A stretch of DNA of 64,000 bases from Mytilus trossulus (taxonomy: Eukaryota), in assembly GCF_036588685.1 (NCBI RefSeq), contig NC_086385.1, positions 54,149,216 to 54,213,215 of the forward strand. The letters are read 5' to 3'. Position 1 is the first letter of the stretch; each line of letters opens with the position of its first letter. This document shows positions 34,871 to 47,360 of the stretch, piece after piece. The translations under genes and the position numbers were made by a program. The notes beneath the pieces were generated by a model. It made no database searches and was not told the DNA's origin. It worked only from the letters and a program-made list of their open reading frames with translations.

Positions 34871-36187
34871 CAAATGGTGTCAACTGGTAATCATCCACAT
34901 TGATTGGGGTAGCAATGCAGTGGGAAAAGTTTAAGAAAAGTCTAATTTATTAACACATATCAAATACAAATACTTTATTCCATGAAACAACATAGTAAGT
35001 TTCAAAACAAATCAAGTTTTCTGCACTATTTATATAACAATTGTAAATAATATAAACAAGAGAACTATCAAATGAAATTTGGTTTAAAAAAAACTTACAT
35101 CATTTGTAATGCACCATTTTTTTCACATAAAACATGTTATAGAAAGCACCATGACAGCGGTTACAAATCAAGAATTTTTATATATTTATCTCTAGGTTTA
35201 ACTTAATCATATAGCACTATAAAAAGTAATAAAAACAAAAGAAAAAAAGTTTAAGCAAACACAATATGATAAAATATGCGATAATATGTTGTAATTAAAT
35301 TTGGATGCTGTAAATTCTCATATGAAAAAATTCCAAAGATGAAAATGATGATAAAGTAAACATAAAAACAAAAAGTTCTCCAAACATTATATACATATAT
35401 ATATTATTTACATATATACAATAATACCAATCATATTTGTTTTTTAATTTAATTTATTTCTATTACAAAACTAAACATATGTAAATGGAAAACTAAAAAG
35501 AATAATTTAATGAAAGGAATAGATTAATAATGAACTTTAATACCAGAGAAAGTAGATTATTTAATGAAAAGAATAGATTTATAATGAAATTTATGGTTTG
35601 AATGAGCATGAAACATATAAACTAAGGTGAATTTATAAAAACAAACTACATGTATACTACTATTTACAATATAATAAAATGAGAGTAGAGAAATGCGAGT
35701 ATAATCAAAATCTTTTCTTTAATTAAAATAAAGTGTAACTAATCCAAATAAATCAAATGAAAGAAAATTGAAAAGTTTTGGTGATATAATTTTTCATAAT
35801 ATAAGTAGATTTGTAGAATACATCCTCATCAGTGATTATTAAAATTTAGATAACAGTGTATAAATAAGTTTATAAAATTTAGAAAAAAGATTATAAAATT
35901 TAGAAAAAAAAAATAAAAAAAATATAAAATTTAGAAAAAAAAATTTAAAAAATTTCATAAAATTTAAAAGTTTAGAAAATTAATCATAGGTTAGTCTCTG
36001 TGGCCGAATAGATATCCTGTTTGATCTTCTCAATATTCTTGGTGGTTGTTGTTGTGCTGGGGCTACTCGTCTGTTATTTTCATGTGGTGGAAAAAAATAA
36101 TTTATAATTTCTTGAAGCCTTTCATAAATTGTGATGAGGATATATTCTACAAATTAAAAAGTAGTAAATACAGAGATAGATATTAAC

Positions 36188-37530
36188 TTAAACAGTTTTT
36201 TTTGGTGTATTAACAAAATCTGCAATTTCTATTTTGGATAGTGAATCTGCATCGACATTGAAGGAGAATTGGTGTTGGCGGAAATTGGTTTTTGCAGTTC
36301 TCTTCTTTTTGCAGATGCAAAATAACATCAGCGGCAAGAGCATAACACATGCTAGAGATGCTGTAAAGATAAATTTGAATATGTCACTTACTTTAAAAAT
36401 TATAAAATATATTGATATATATAAATAGATTAGACCATTGGTTTTTCTGTTTGAATTGTCTTTATAGCTTACTGTTTGGTGTGAGCTTTTGCTCTGTGTT
36501 GAAGGTCATACTTTGATCTATAATACATTGGCACTCATACCGCATCTTTTTCTTATTTATAAATAAGTGTTTTTATTAGAACATGTATATATTTTTATTT
36601 TATTTATTTATTTTATTTTTATATTGTTTGTCAATCAAATAAATAAATTAAATTTAGATACTTACCAAAAATCATTATAAGAATGATCTTAATATTATCT
36701 AGACCCTTGTCTTCCTCCTGTGCATGTGGTGTTGACTTCTGAAATAAAGAAATAAAATCATGTATTTCATGAAAATGTTGATATTAAAAAATCTTATCCT
36801 TCACATTTTAATTTGTTTTTAAGCACTATACTATAGAGAATACAAATTGACTCGTTCATGTACATGTATTTCCTAATAAAAATAGAAAACAAAACGGACG
36901 TTTTAATTAAAAAAATATCAGATAAATGCTTACCAGTTGTTTATCAGTGGTGCCGATTGACAATGTGGATCCTGGTGTTACTCTTGTTGCTGCTGTTGTT
37001 GTTGTAGAAGCTATGACTCCATTCTGTAAAAAAAAAAATATACATAATGTAAGAAATGTTTTACACAATAAAATTAATAAATAATATATAAGATCTGCTC
37101 ATAGTTTAGGTTGTTTCTAGTCACTTTACATATAGAGACAATACTACGTGATTACTTTAAAGCTCTTATTATTCTGTTATTCTTTTCTAATTTCCTATAT
37201 ACTTACATCACAATGTATACCATTAACAATTGTTATTGTTTCTGGTGCTGCTAAAACATTTCTGCATTTAGAATTTCCTTGTTTGATCTCAATTGAATGC
37301 AGGTCTCTATTATTTGCAAGGTCCAATTGTCCGGCAACAAAAAATCTTTCGAATACGACTTTCTTTACATCTAGTCGGATTCTGGTGTTGTAGAGCCCTG
37401 CTCCAGTCCATCTGCAATGGAGAGTATCCCCCTCCACTGTGCATACATCTCTCAATTCATGCGAGCATGAAACAGCTGACATTGTGAAACAAATGATGAT
37501 GAATATAAACATGGTGTTGATGGGTGACAT
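36188..37530 (-). CDS. 4-exon type I membrane protein (~219 aa): signal peptide, Cys-containing ectodomain, Thr-rich stalk, TM helix, cytoplasmic tail
   Basis: Exons 37530-37207, 37023-36934, 36738-36666, 36360-36188 with gtaag donors and cag acceptors in matching phases (0, 0, 1); TM IIILIMIFASLACVMLLPLMLFCIC-like segment followed by KKKR. Confidence 0.8.
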
Positions 37531-37720
37531 TTTGCAAATATTTTGAGGAATTAAATACCCGGATGAGAAATAAAAACAATAGTCTAATTAGGGAATGAAT
37601 TAGGGGTAATTAATTCCGTGATATATGGTTGGGATAAGAGTGGTAGATGGATAAGGTTTAATTAATGTTTGAGTATGGATTGTTTTAATAAATAATAATA
37701 ATAGTTTTTACAATATACGC

Positions 37721-37734
37721 TAGGGTTAGGGTTA
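37721..37734 (+). repeat. Short TTAGGG telomeric repeat mirroring 20081-20122
   Basis: tagggttagggtta with flanks inversely similar to those of the left array. Confidence 0.75.
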
Positions 37735-38014
37735 ATTAATATATTTTCAATTCTTATTCATTTTTTGTTACAAATGAAACTTAAAAGTTTTATAAAATTT
37801 CTTCTCTCAACGCGAAGTCATTTAATCTTCTATTTTTTCAGTTTTACTTTTAACTTCTTTATCCAAAATATTAACAATTTAAATTGTCTATATGTTAAAT
37901 GCGATGGAAAATAAATCAAAACATTCTTTTATAAGTGAAAAAACAAAATTTTCATTTAATATTATACAACAGTTATATTATGTAATTTTCTTGACGTCTG
38001 CAAAATTCAACGTG

Positions 38015-38168
38015 TGAAAAAATCAAAACAGTCTTTTATATTTCTACAAATTTTAAAATCCAATATTTTGATATTATTCAACAAATATATTATACAATTT
38101 TGCTAGCGGGAACAAATTTTTGTCAACGTGGCAAAAATATTTGCTGCTGCCACACAATATATACTACT
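38015..38168 (-). repeat. Right TIR of the Maverick
   Basis: ...gtcaacgtggcaaaaatatttgctgctgccacacaatatatactact. Confidence 0.9.
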
Positions 38169-38174
38169 GATAAA

Positions 38175-39090
38175 GCATCAGGGGATTTCTTTATGAGAAG
38201 TTTCCCTTTTAGAGATTTAACATATATGGGTTCCTTTATTGTGATTTAACACGAGAGGTTTTCCTTATAGAGATGTAGCATGAGGGGATTCTTTTATTGA
38301 GATGTAGCATGAGGGGATTCCCTTATTGAGATATAGCATGAGAGGTTTTTCTTATCGAGATGTAGCATGAGGGAATTCACTTATTGAGTGAGTCCCCTCT
38401 TATTATAATTTCCGGATCCGCCATTGAAAAAAGTTTTTGTATTGTAAACTTTTCTTATAGAGAATTTACGTATTGAAGGCAGCATGAAATGTTTCACCCC
38501 TTATTAAGATTTAGCATGAGGGGATTCCCTTATAGAGATTCACCATTTAATTTAGAGGTTTCTCTTATATAGATGTAGCATGTGGGGGTTCCTTTGTTGA
38601 GATTAAGCATGAGAGGTTTCCCTAATTGAAATGTAGCGTGAGGGGATTCCTTTATAGAGATGAAGCATGAGGGGGTTCCCTTATTGAGATGTAGCATGAG
38701 GGTATTCCCTTATAGAGATGTAGCATGTGGGGGTTCCCTTATAGACATTTAGCATGATGGTATTCCCTTTTTGAGATGTACCATGAGTGGATTCATTAAT
38801 AGAGATGTAGCATGATAGGTTTCCCTTATATAGATGTAGCATGAGAGGTTTCCCTTATAGAGATGTAGCATGAGAGGTTTCCCTTATTGAGATGTGGCAT
38901 ATGTGGGGATTCTCTTATTGAGATGTAGTATGAGAGGTTTCCCTTATAGAGATGTATAATGTGAGTATTCCCTTACATATATTTATCATGAGGGGATTCC
39001 CTTATAAGACGTAGCATTTGGGGATTCCTATATAGAGATGAAACATGAGATGTTTTCCTTATTGAGATGTTGAGTGGTTTCCCTTATGAT
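38175..39090 (+). repeat. 29-bp satellite, right part
   Basis: Roughly 30 diverged gagatgtagcatgagaggtttcccttata units; the non-repeat block at ~38390-38460 also occurs at ~19415-19490 (higher-order repeat). Confidence 0.9.
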
Positions 39091-39164
39091 GTCCAATAGT
39101 CTAGTATGGAAACTATACACATGATTTTGTATGCCTCCGCCGTAGCGGAGGGTTTCTTATCGTC

Positions 39165-39626
39165 GAGTTGCAAGTTGCGAGTTAAGAAAGTCGAGTTGCG
39201 AGTTATATAAGTCGGGTTGCGAGTTAAGAAAGTCGAGTTGCGAGTTACAAAAGTCGACTTGCGAGTTACAAAAGTGGAGTTGCGAGTTAGGAAAGTCGAC
39301 TTGCGAGTTACAAAAGTCGAGTTGCGAGTTACGAAAGTCGAGTTGCGAGATACAAAAGTCGAGTTGCGAGTTACAAAAGTCGAGTTGCGAGTTACAAAAG
39401 TAGACTTGCGAGTTACAAAAGTCGAGTTGCGAGTTAGGAAAGTCGACTTGCGAGTTACAAAAGTCGAGTTGCGAGTTACGAAAGTCGAGTTGCGAGATAC
39501 AAAAGTCGAGTTGCGAGTTACAAAAGTCGAGTTGCGAGTTACAAAAGTCGAGTTGCGAGTTACAAAAGTCGAGTTGCGAGTTACAAAAGTCGAGTTGCGA
39601 GTTAAGAAAGTCGAGTTGCGAGTTAC
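39165..39626 (+). repeat. 21-bp tandem array (gagttgcgagttacaaaagtc), left TIR
   Basis: About 22 units. Confidence 0.95.
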
Positions 39627-40439
39627 ACAAATATTGTTTACACCGAATTTTCAGGTTTGACTCACATTTGATAAATAAAACATGCATGTACATGTACCCG
39701 AACTTAGTTATTCCCGTGATTGTGGGATTTGAAACAGTTATATGTGATACTTATCTATAAGAGTTTAATATAAGTTAAGTTCTGGAAGCATTTAAAAAAA
39801 ATGTATTCTAATGGACGAGATCGATCTTATTTAATCCAATGCGTTTTCAATACAACATAAAACGAACCGATCTGACCATAAATTACCTTTAGTAAACACA
39901 TAATCCTAAAAATAGAATAGTAAAGGAAATTCTGCATCTCGCGCGACCTATAACACATTGCAAAATCATTGAGAAAATAGTTTGCTCATTGGAATTTCGT
40001 ATGGACTTATCATTAGTTTGAATCATACATCACAAGTCATTAAACAAAGCTATGTGTGTAGACTATCGCTAAATAACGAACGGCCAATGCGTTTGAAGAT
40101 GAGGATTTGCAGCAAACAAATAGAACATATATATTGATTTAGAAGATAATAAAAAAAAAAACGAATCTATGTTTACTTTTCGTATTCCATCCATCATTTT
40201 TAAACACGCCGAACATGCGCAGATTTATTTTCATATCTGAATATAACTTTCACCTGAAAAAAGCGATCGATCTAAGCATTTACACTTGAAAAAAGATCGA
40301 TTCAAGTAAGATTGATCTTTTTAAAACTACATCGATATCTGGAAGTAGACTTTGTAAGACCGATTGAAGATCGATCTTTTCCGTTTTCATTATTCCATCC
40401 ATCGTTTTGAAAAACGTGTGTTTTTGCTGCTAAACATAG

Positions 40440-41800
40440 GTAGTAATTTCCATGCAATCGTGAGAGATATGTACAATAAAAGTGAATTATGTGCTAAAAT
40501 AAACAATGTGCTTACTTCTAAATTGGAGTAAACTAAGGGGATATTTTGAATCCCAACCTTTTCAAGATTTTATAAATGAATTTTACCGGATGCATTTAAT
40601 GAAACCCCAGATGCTGTTGATATTAAATGACCGCAGAATTGACTGCCTCATGTATGCAGAGGATCTTTTTATTTTTTGTCTAGTTCCAAGGCAAGTCTTT
40701 CAAAAACGACTTGATAGTTTATCCTGTACTGTAAAATGGTGTTTAGAGGTCAATCTATCTAAAACCAAAGTTAATATGTTTAACAAACCTGGAAAACTTT
40801 TAAAAGAATATTTGTATTGCGAAAAAGATATAATAGAATGTGTTTACAATTATAAGTATCTAGGTTTAAAATGTATATTGACTTTTTAAGCGTGGAAAGG
40901 GAGAGTTAACTTATACAAAAAATCGCTTTAAGCAATATTCAAATTGCGAACTTCATCATCTTACAATCCAAGTAATTTTACTCTATAACATATATATATA
41001 TTTATATGACCATACAATAAAACCTATTTTAATGAATGGCAGTGAAATTACAGGAATGTTCAAAACTATCTCTGCAGCATGCCAGAAAGAAAGTGAATAT
41101 TTATTACAGCACCTTTACATATGAACGATTTTTTTAGATGAATCCAATTTAAAATATATGAAATATATTTTAGGTTAAACAAAAAGTCTTCTAACTTTAT
41201 AGCTGTGCTAGGAGAGCTTGATATATTCCCTTTATATTTTTCAGTTGTATTATCAATTATGAAATATCGGTTTAGAATTTAAAAAAAAACAACAATATGA
41301 AACCTTTATGTGTAACAAAAACATGTTCACTAATAATATTGAATGCTTTAATTCATCCATACACATACATTATTTTTTTTCAAAAAGCTGAAATATTCAT
41401 AATTTGGAAGTATAGCTTGACTTTGTTATCAAGTCAATTAAGCAAAAACTTTGTTAAAGTTTGGTAAAATTTTGGAACACAAAAAGAATAAATACAAAGA
41501 GTAGTAAATTAGATTTTTATTTCAAATTAAAAACTTGTTTTTCTAAAGAAATGTATCTACATGAATCTTTAAACATTTTTTTGATGAAGTGTCGTCATAT
41601 GTAAAATCAGAATCAGTGCCCACGATCTCAAAATAGAAAGAGACAAGATATAAAAATTTGTATATAGCAAGAGACCATTTTAAAGGATTTGTAAGAAATG
41701 TAGTTGAAGATGAACAACATTTCATTACAAGTTGTCTAGCATGTACAAAGATGATCTGTAGGAAGATGTTTTTCAAGGAGATATTTTTCAGAATTTTACT
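40440..41800 (+). pseudogene. Decayed non-LTR (CR1/L2-type) reverse transcriptase fragment
   Basis: CLMYAEDL (YADD-like), LEVNLSKTKV, YKYLG; C-terminal VEDEQHFITSC; many stops and frameshifts. Confidence 0.8.
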
Positions 41801-42337
41801 AATTTTTCATATCCCTCAAATGAGACAAAATTTGTTTTGTTATGTATATTTGAGAATGTGTCTGTACATAGATATTTAGGGAACTACATTTGTATATTAT
41901 TACAAGTCTAGATGTTAAACGAAATGTAAATGAATATAAGTTACTTAACAATGATAATTGTAATCAGTGATTTTATAGTTCAGGTCCTGTCTTGAATTAA
42001 ATGTATGTGACTTATTTAGAATAATATTTCGTTTCAACGTATAAAATATGGCAGTGGCTGTTTTTTTCGACTCCCTTCGGGGCCATTTTACCAGCTCCAG
42101 CAGAATAGCGATTTATACAGAGTTTTGCTATTTTGCCGGTTTTAATTAAGTTAAAAATAACTTATAATTGACAATATCAAACATGTGAACACTATATAAC
42201 TCAAGTTTATACCTAAGTGACTCAGTTGAATATAAAGTTACCCAATACTTTTAAAAAATACTTATGAAATCACGATGTAGCAATAATCATTTTATACTTT
42301 CCAATTAAATCTTACCTGTAAAATGGCGCAAATGTAG

Positions 42338-44260
42338 TTTTTGTCGAGCCTGCAACTTTTGTTGCAGAAAGCTCGACATAGGGATAGTGATCCGGCGGCG
42401 GCGGCGGCTACGGCGGCGGCTACGGCGGCGGCGGTGTTAGCTCACTTCTTAAAAGCCTTATATCTTAGAAGGTAGAAGACCTGGATGCTTCATACTTTGT
42501 ATATAGATGCCTCATGTTACGAACTTTCCGTCAGTCACATGTCCAATGTCCTTGACCTCATTTTCATGGTTCAGTGACTACTTGAAAAAAAAGTTAAGAT
42601 TTTTTGTAATATTAAATTCTCTCTTATTATAAGTAATTGGATAACTATATTTGGTATGTGCGTACCTTGCACGGTCCTCATGCCTGTCAGACAGTTTTCA
42701 CTTGACCTCGACCTCATTTCATGGATCAGTGAACAAGGTTAAGTTTTCGTGGTCAAGTCCATATCTCAGATACTATAAGCAATAGGTCTAGTATATTCGA
42801 TGTATGGAAGGACTGTAATGTGTACATGTCCAACTGGCAGGTGTCATCTGACCTTGACCTCATTTTCATGGTTCAGTGGTTATAGTTAAGTTTTTGTGTT
42901 TTGGTCTGTTTTTCTTATACTATATGCAATAGGTCTACTATAATTGGTGTATGGAATGATTGTAAGGTGTACATGTCTAGCTGACAGGTGTCGTCTAACC
43001 TTGACCTCATTTTTTATGGTTCAGTGGTCAAAGTTAAGTTTTTTAGTTTTGGTCTATTTTTCTAATACTTTATGCATTAGGTCAACTATATTTGGTGTAT
43101 GGACATATTTTATGATCTTTATGTCGGTTACGCTGGTTTTATTTGACTTTGACCTCATTTTCACGGTCCATTGCTAAGTTTTGAGTGTTTGTGTGTTTTG
43201 GTCTGTTTTTGTCGAGCCTTCGACTTTAGTCGAAAAAGCGAGACATAGCGATCCTACATTCCGTCGGCGTCGTCGTCGGCGTCGTCGTCGGCGTCGTCCA
43301 CAAATATTCACTCTGTGGTTAAAGTTTTTGAGATTTTAATAACTTTCTTAAACTAAACTGGATTTCTACCAAACTTGGACAGAAGCTTTTTTATGTTCAT
43401 AAGATAGTATGCAGAAGTAAATTTTGTAAAAATAAAATTCCATTTTTTTCTGTATTTTACTTATAAATGGACTTAGTTTTTCTGCCAGGAAACATTACAT
43501 TCACTCTGTGGTTAAAGTTTTTGAAATTTTAATAACTTTCTTAAACTATACTGTATTTGTACCAAACTTGAACAGAAGCTTGTTTATGATCATTAGATAG
43601 TATCCAGAAGGAAATTTTGGAAAAATAAAATTCCTTTTTTTACATATTTTACTTAAAAATGGACTTAGTTTTTCTGCCAGGAAACATTACATTCACTCTG
43701 TGGTTAAAGTTTTTAAAATTTTAATAACTTTCTTAAACTATCCTGGGTTTGTACCAAACTTAGACAGAAGCTTGTTTATGATCATAACATAGTATCCAGA
43801 AGTAAATTTTGTTAACAAATAAATCCATTTTTTTGTGCATTTTACTTTTAAACGGACTTAGATTTTCTGCCAGGAAACAACGCATTCACTCTGTGGTTAA
43901 AGTTTTTAAAATTTTAATAACTTTCTTATACTATTTTGGACCTGTACCTAACTTGGACAGAAGCTTGTTTATGATCAAAAGCTAGTATCTATAAGAAAAT
44001 TTTGTTAAAATTTTGTACCTGTGTATCTGTATTTTACCTATAAATTGACTTAGTTTTTCTTCCAGTTTACATTACAGACAGTCTGCAGTTAAAGTTTTTA
44101 AAACATACTGTATTTTTACCAAACTTGGACAGAAGCTTCTTAGAAACATAAGATAGTATCAAGAGGAATGTTTTTATTGATTTTATTCCTCTTTTGTTGA
44201 GCCTGCGATAAGCATCATAAGTAGGCGAGACACTGGGTTCCGCGGAACCCTTTAGAATTT
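42338..44260 (+). mobile_element. Two adjacent or nested HINE-like elements (42338-43200 and 43206-44260)
   Basis: Same families as 14467-15553 and 16535-17528. Confidence 0.65.
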
Positions 44261-45034
44261 TTATAATAGTATCTTTGACAGCTACATTTATAAAATAAAG
44301 AATAAAAACGGGAAATGAGTCAAAGAGACAGCAACCAAATCAAAATATACAATTCAACCAAAGGTCATTGGGTCTACAACACAGCGAAAAATCACACACC
44401 GAGAGGGAGCCCTGAGCAGGCCCCAAAACACCATATTAGATGGATCAAGAATATAGACGCCATTCTATGCTGCTAAATATAAAGATGAACCAAAATTAAA
44501 ACATATACAAGAGCAACAAAGGCTAAAGGTTCCTGACATAGGTCAGACACAAAAATGCGGCGGGTTTAAACTGGTTTTATTCACGCCCATCATATATAAT
44601 TTTAACATCCTCAATTTTGAGTGTCACTGACAAACAATTAATTTTGCGGACCCTAATGAATCGGTATTGCCCGGCTCTGCAGCTGCCCCAAAAAGTCCAC
44701 TTTAAACGAAATATGCAGAAGGGGTGTTTTACATATATGTACTATATTTTAGTTGCTATCTCCCTTTAAGTTTAATACGACGGTGCTATGTATGAAATTT
44801 AAAAATAATTAAACGGCAAGCCATCTGCTGTATTTCAAAAGGCTATCTGATTCTTCAGAAAATACTATACGTAGTTATTATCTAGTCCATTTCATTTTTA
44901 CAAGAGACTCAGATAAAGTCCAAACCACAAAAATAATCAACAACACTATGTACAATTCTATAAGCAATCATCATTCCAAAATGTTATACAGTTACACCAA
45001 AAAATTAAAATATTTTAGTTTCCACATTTTTACG

Positions 45035-45408
45035 CAATTTGACTTTTGTAACTCGCAACTCGACTTTTGTCACTCGCAATTCGACTTTCTTAACTCGCAA
45101 CTCGACTTTTGTAACTCGCAACTCGACTTTTGTAACTCGCAACTCGACTTTCGTAACTCGCAACTCGACTTTCTTAACTCGCAACTCGACTTTTGTAACT
45201 CGCAACTCGACTTTTGTAACTCGCAACTCGACTTTCGTTACTCGCAACTCGACTTTTGTAACTCGCAACTCGACTTTTGTAACTCGCAACTCGACTTTCG
45301 TAACTCGCAACTCGACTTTTGTAACTCGCAACTCGACATTCGTAACTCGCAACTCGACTTTTTAAACTCGCAACTCGATTTTCTTAACTCGCAACTCGAT
45401 ACTCGACA
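45035..45408 (-). repeat. 21-bp tandem array (gacttttgtaactcgcaactc), right TIR
   Basis: Reverse complement of the 39165-39626 unit, about 18 units. Confidence 0.95.
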
Positions 45409-46779
45409 ACAAGTGAATCTCGCCGTAGCGGAGGTGTCGTTAAGTTTTATCTATGTCCGTCTGTACCTGCATCCGATCATTCGTCTGCCCAGCTTCCTGT
45501 TAAAGTTGTTGATAGCTTAGGGTAGTTTTTGATGAAGTTGAAGTCCAATCAACTTTAAACTTAGTGCACATGTACTCTATGATATAATCTTTCTAAATGT
45601 ATTGCCACATTAAAGTTTCGATCCCAATTTCAAGGTCGACTAAACATAGAAAATGATATTTTGAGTAGGGAATGTGCTTTTCTATTTTAAAACATTCAGT
45701 AACATTCACGTGTGAAACAAGAGGTAAATAAACACAAAATACAATCACATACGATAATAGAAAGAAATAAAACAACTTTGAAATAGATATATTTTCATAG
45801 TTTTATCAACAGGTCGCTGATTTTTTTTTATCATCTCCCCTTTCATGATTTATGGTCAGATTGGTCGATGTTTGATCGATATCATAATTAAATTAGAAAA
45901 GTTAACTTTTGGAACTGAATTATTTGCAATAATCATAACCTTTCTTCCATTTTGTATCCTATAATGCTCAAATTGAACAAATCCGGATGCATAAGTTTAA
46001 ATGGATTAAACATGTTGAAGCAATATATGACCAATATTAGTTTTAGCTTTATATGGTATAGTAGATCGAAGATTGATCCAATTAAGATAAAGTGTACTGT
46101 CTTGAGTAAACGATGATAGTCCGTCAGAAGGGACGGTAAATAGCTGACCCGTATTAAGAGAGAGCCAAATCTCTCTAAAACACCCTTGTTGATTCCGAAA
46201 AAAAAGCCGGTTAATGCCGCCACAAGGCAGCATTCGCACCCGCAAAGTGGAAAGGGATTAATATAAGTCGCAAAATTTATTTCAAAATCAACTATAAATA
46301 AATATGTTAAAACAATTCAGATAAAAACGCGTATAAAACAAAATTTTACAGTTGAATTCATCAAACAATCCCACACTAAAATTCAGAAGTTATTTAAAGG
46401 AAACATATAGGTATTTCCAATATCGACTTTGGCTTAGAAAAATATTTATTAAGACTCTCATCTGCAGATCGTAAAATTAGCAATGATGCAGCAACCTAAG
46501 AATACCAATAGGAACAGGAATAAATACAGCCTGAGTGTAATCTTTGCGCCTTTTCAATTGGAAATGAGTTTCACTACTTATTTGAGTACCAGAAAAATAC
46601 ATATACAGAATATTACCACATTTATCCATGTGTCGAGAAAATGAAAGGACTGCTTTCATTTAGCAATATAAATCTAAAAAGAAGATGTTGTATGATTGCA
46701 AATGAGACAACTCTCTCCAAGAGACAAAAAAGCTATAAAGAATTTGTCACTGTTTATTGAGAAATTAGTTAAAATATTC

Positions 46780-47360
46780 TAAGAATACTCTTTATACCTA
46801 TAACTAATTCTACCTATAACTTTTGGACTAGTTTTAATATCGGTCTATTTCTGTAACTTATTCCTACATACTTTTGATTTTTTAACCCTGTATGCTTACA
46901 TTGCCTATGTAAATTTTAAAACTGTTTGTATGCACATTGAACGACAAATTTATGTGACGTATACAATTTTCTGACGTCAGACACTCAAATCAATTAATGT
47001 GTTCGTAGATAGAAGATGTTTTTGTGTTCGGTTAAATTGTCCCCTTTTAAAATTGTTATACGATGATGACTGATGTACCCATATTTTGACTATTCTATTA
47101 ATTGTGACTGTTTATTTAACGCATCATGTAAATATAACGGGATTTGATGAGACTTTTATTAAAATGAGAGGGTTAGCGCTATAGAACCAGGTTTAATCCA
47201 CCATTTTCTACATTTGAAAATGCCTGTACCAAGTCAGGAATATGACAGTTCTTGTCCATTCGTTTTTTATATGTTTTGTTATTTGATTTTTCCATGTAAT
47301 TATGGACTTTCCTAATTGATTTTCCTCTGAGTTCAGTATTTTTGTGATTTTACTTTTTTT
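46780..47360 (-). repeat. Interspersed repeat family (other copies ~18880-19045 and 57272-57690; fragments elsewhere)
   Basis: Shared cctgacttggtacaggcattttcaaatgtagaaaatggtgg and flanks. Confidence 0.7.

Larger units (their letters stand above)
19689..38168 (+). mobile_element. Full-length Maverick/Polinton (adintovirus-like endogenous dsDNA virus)
   Basis: AGTAGT...ACTACT termini; first 55 bp are a perfect inverted repeat; 6-bp TSD GATAAA at 19683-19688 and 38169-38174; integrase, penton, major capsid, adenain, A32-like ATPase and pPolB ORFs; one N gap near 32595-32733. Confidence 0.97.
39148..45421. mobile_element. Foldback-like Mutator (MULE) non-autonomous element with satellite TIRs
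   Basis: GAG...CTC termini, 9-bp TSD GCCGTAGCG (39139-39147 and 45422-45430), inverted 21-bp arrays at both ends; no transposase seen. Confidence 0.8.

Noticed and set aside
19415-38460. Direct repeat on both sides of the Maverick read as LTRs or a large TSD
   Set aside because: It is a higher-order repeat of the host satellite; the true boundaries are set by the TIRs and the 6-bp GATAAA TSD.
39157-45520. Repetitive ORFs (NSQLDFC / VELRVTK / TRNSTFV) as coiled-coil or solenoid proteins
   Set aside because: The 21-bp unit is stop-free in several frames on both strands; these are the satellite TIRs.
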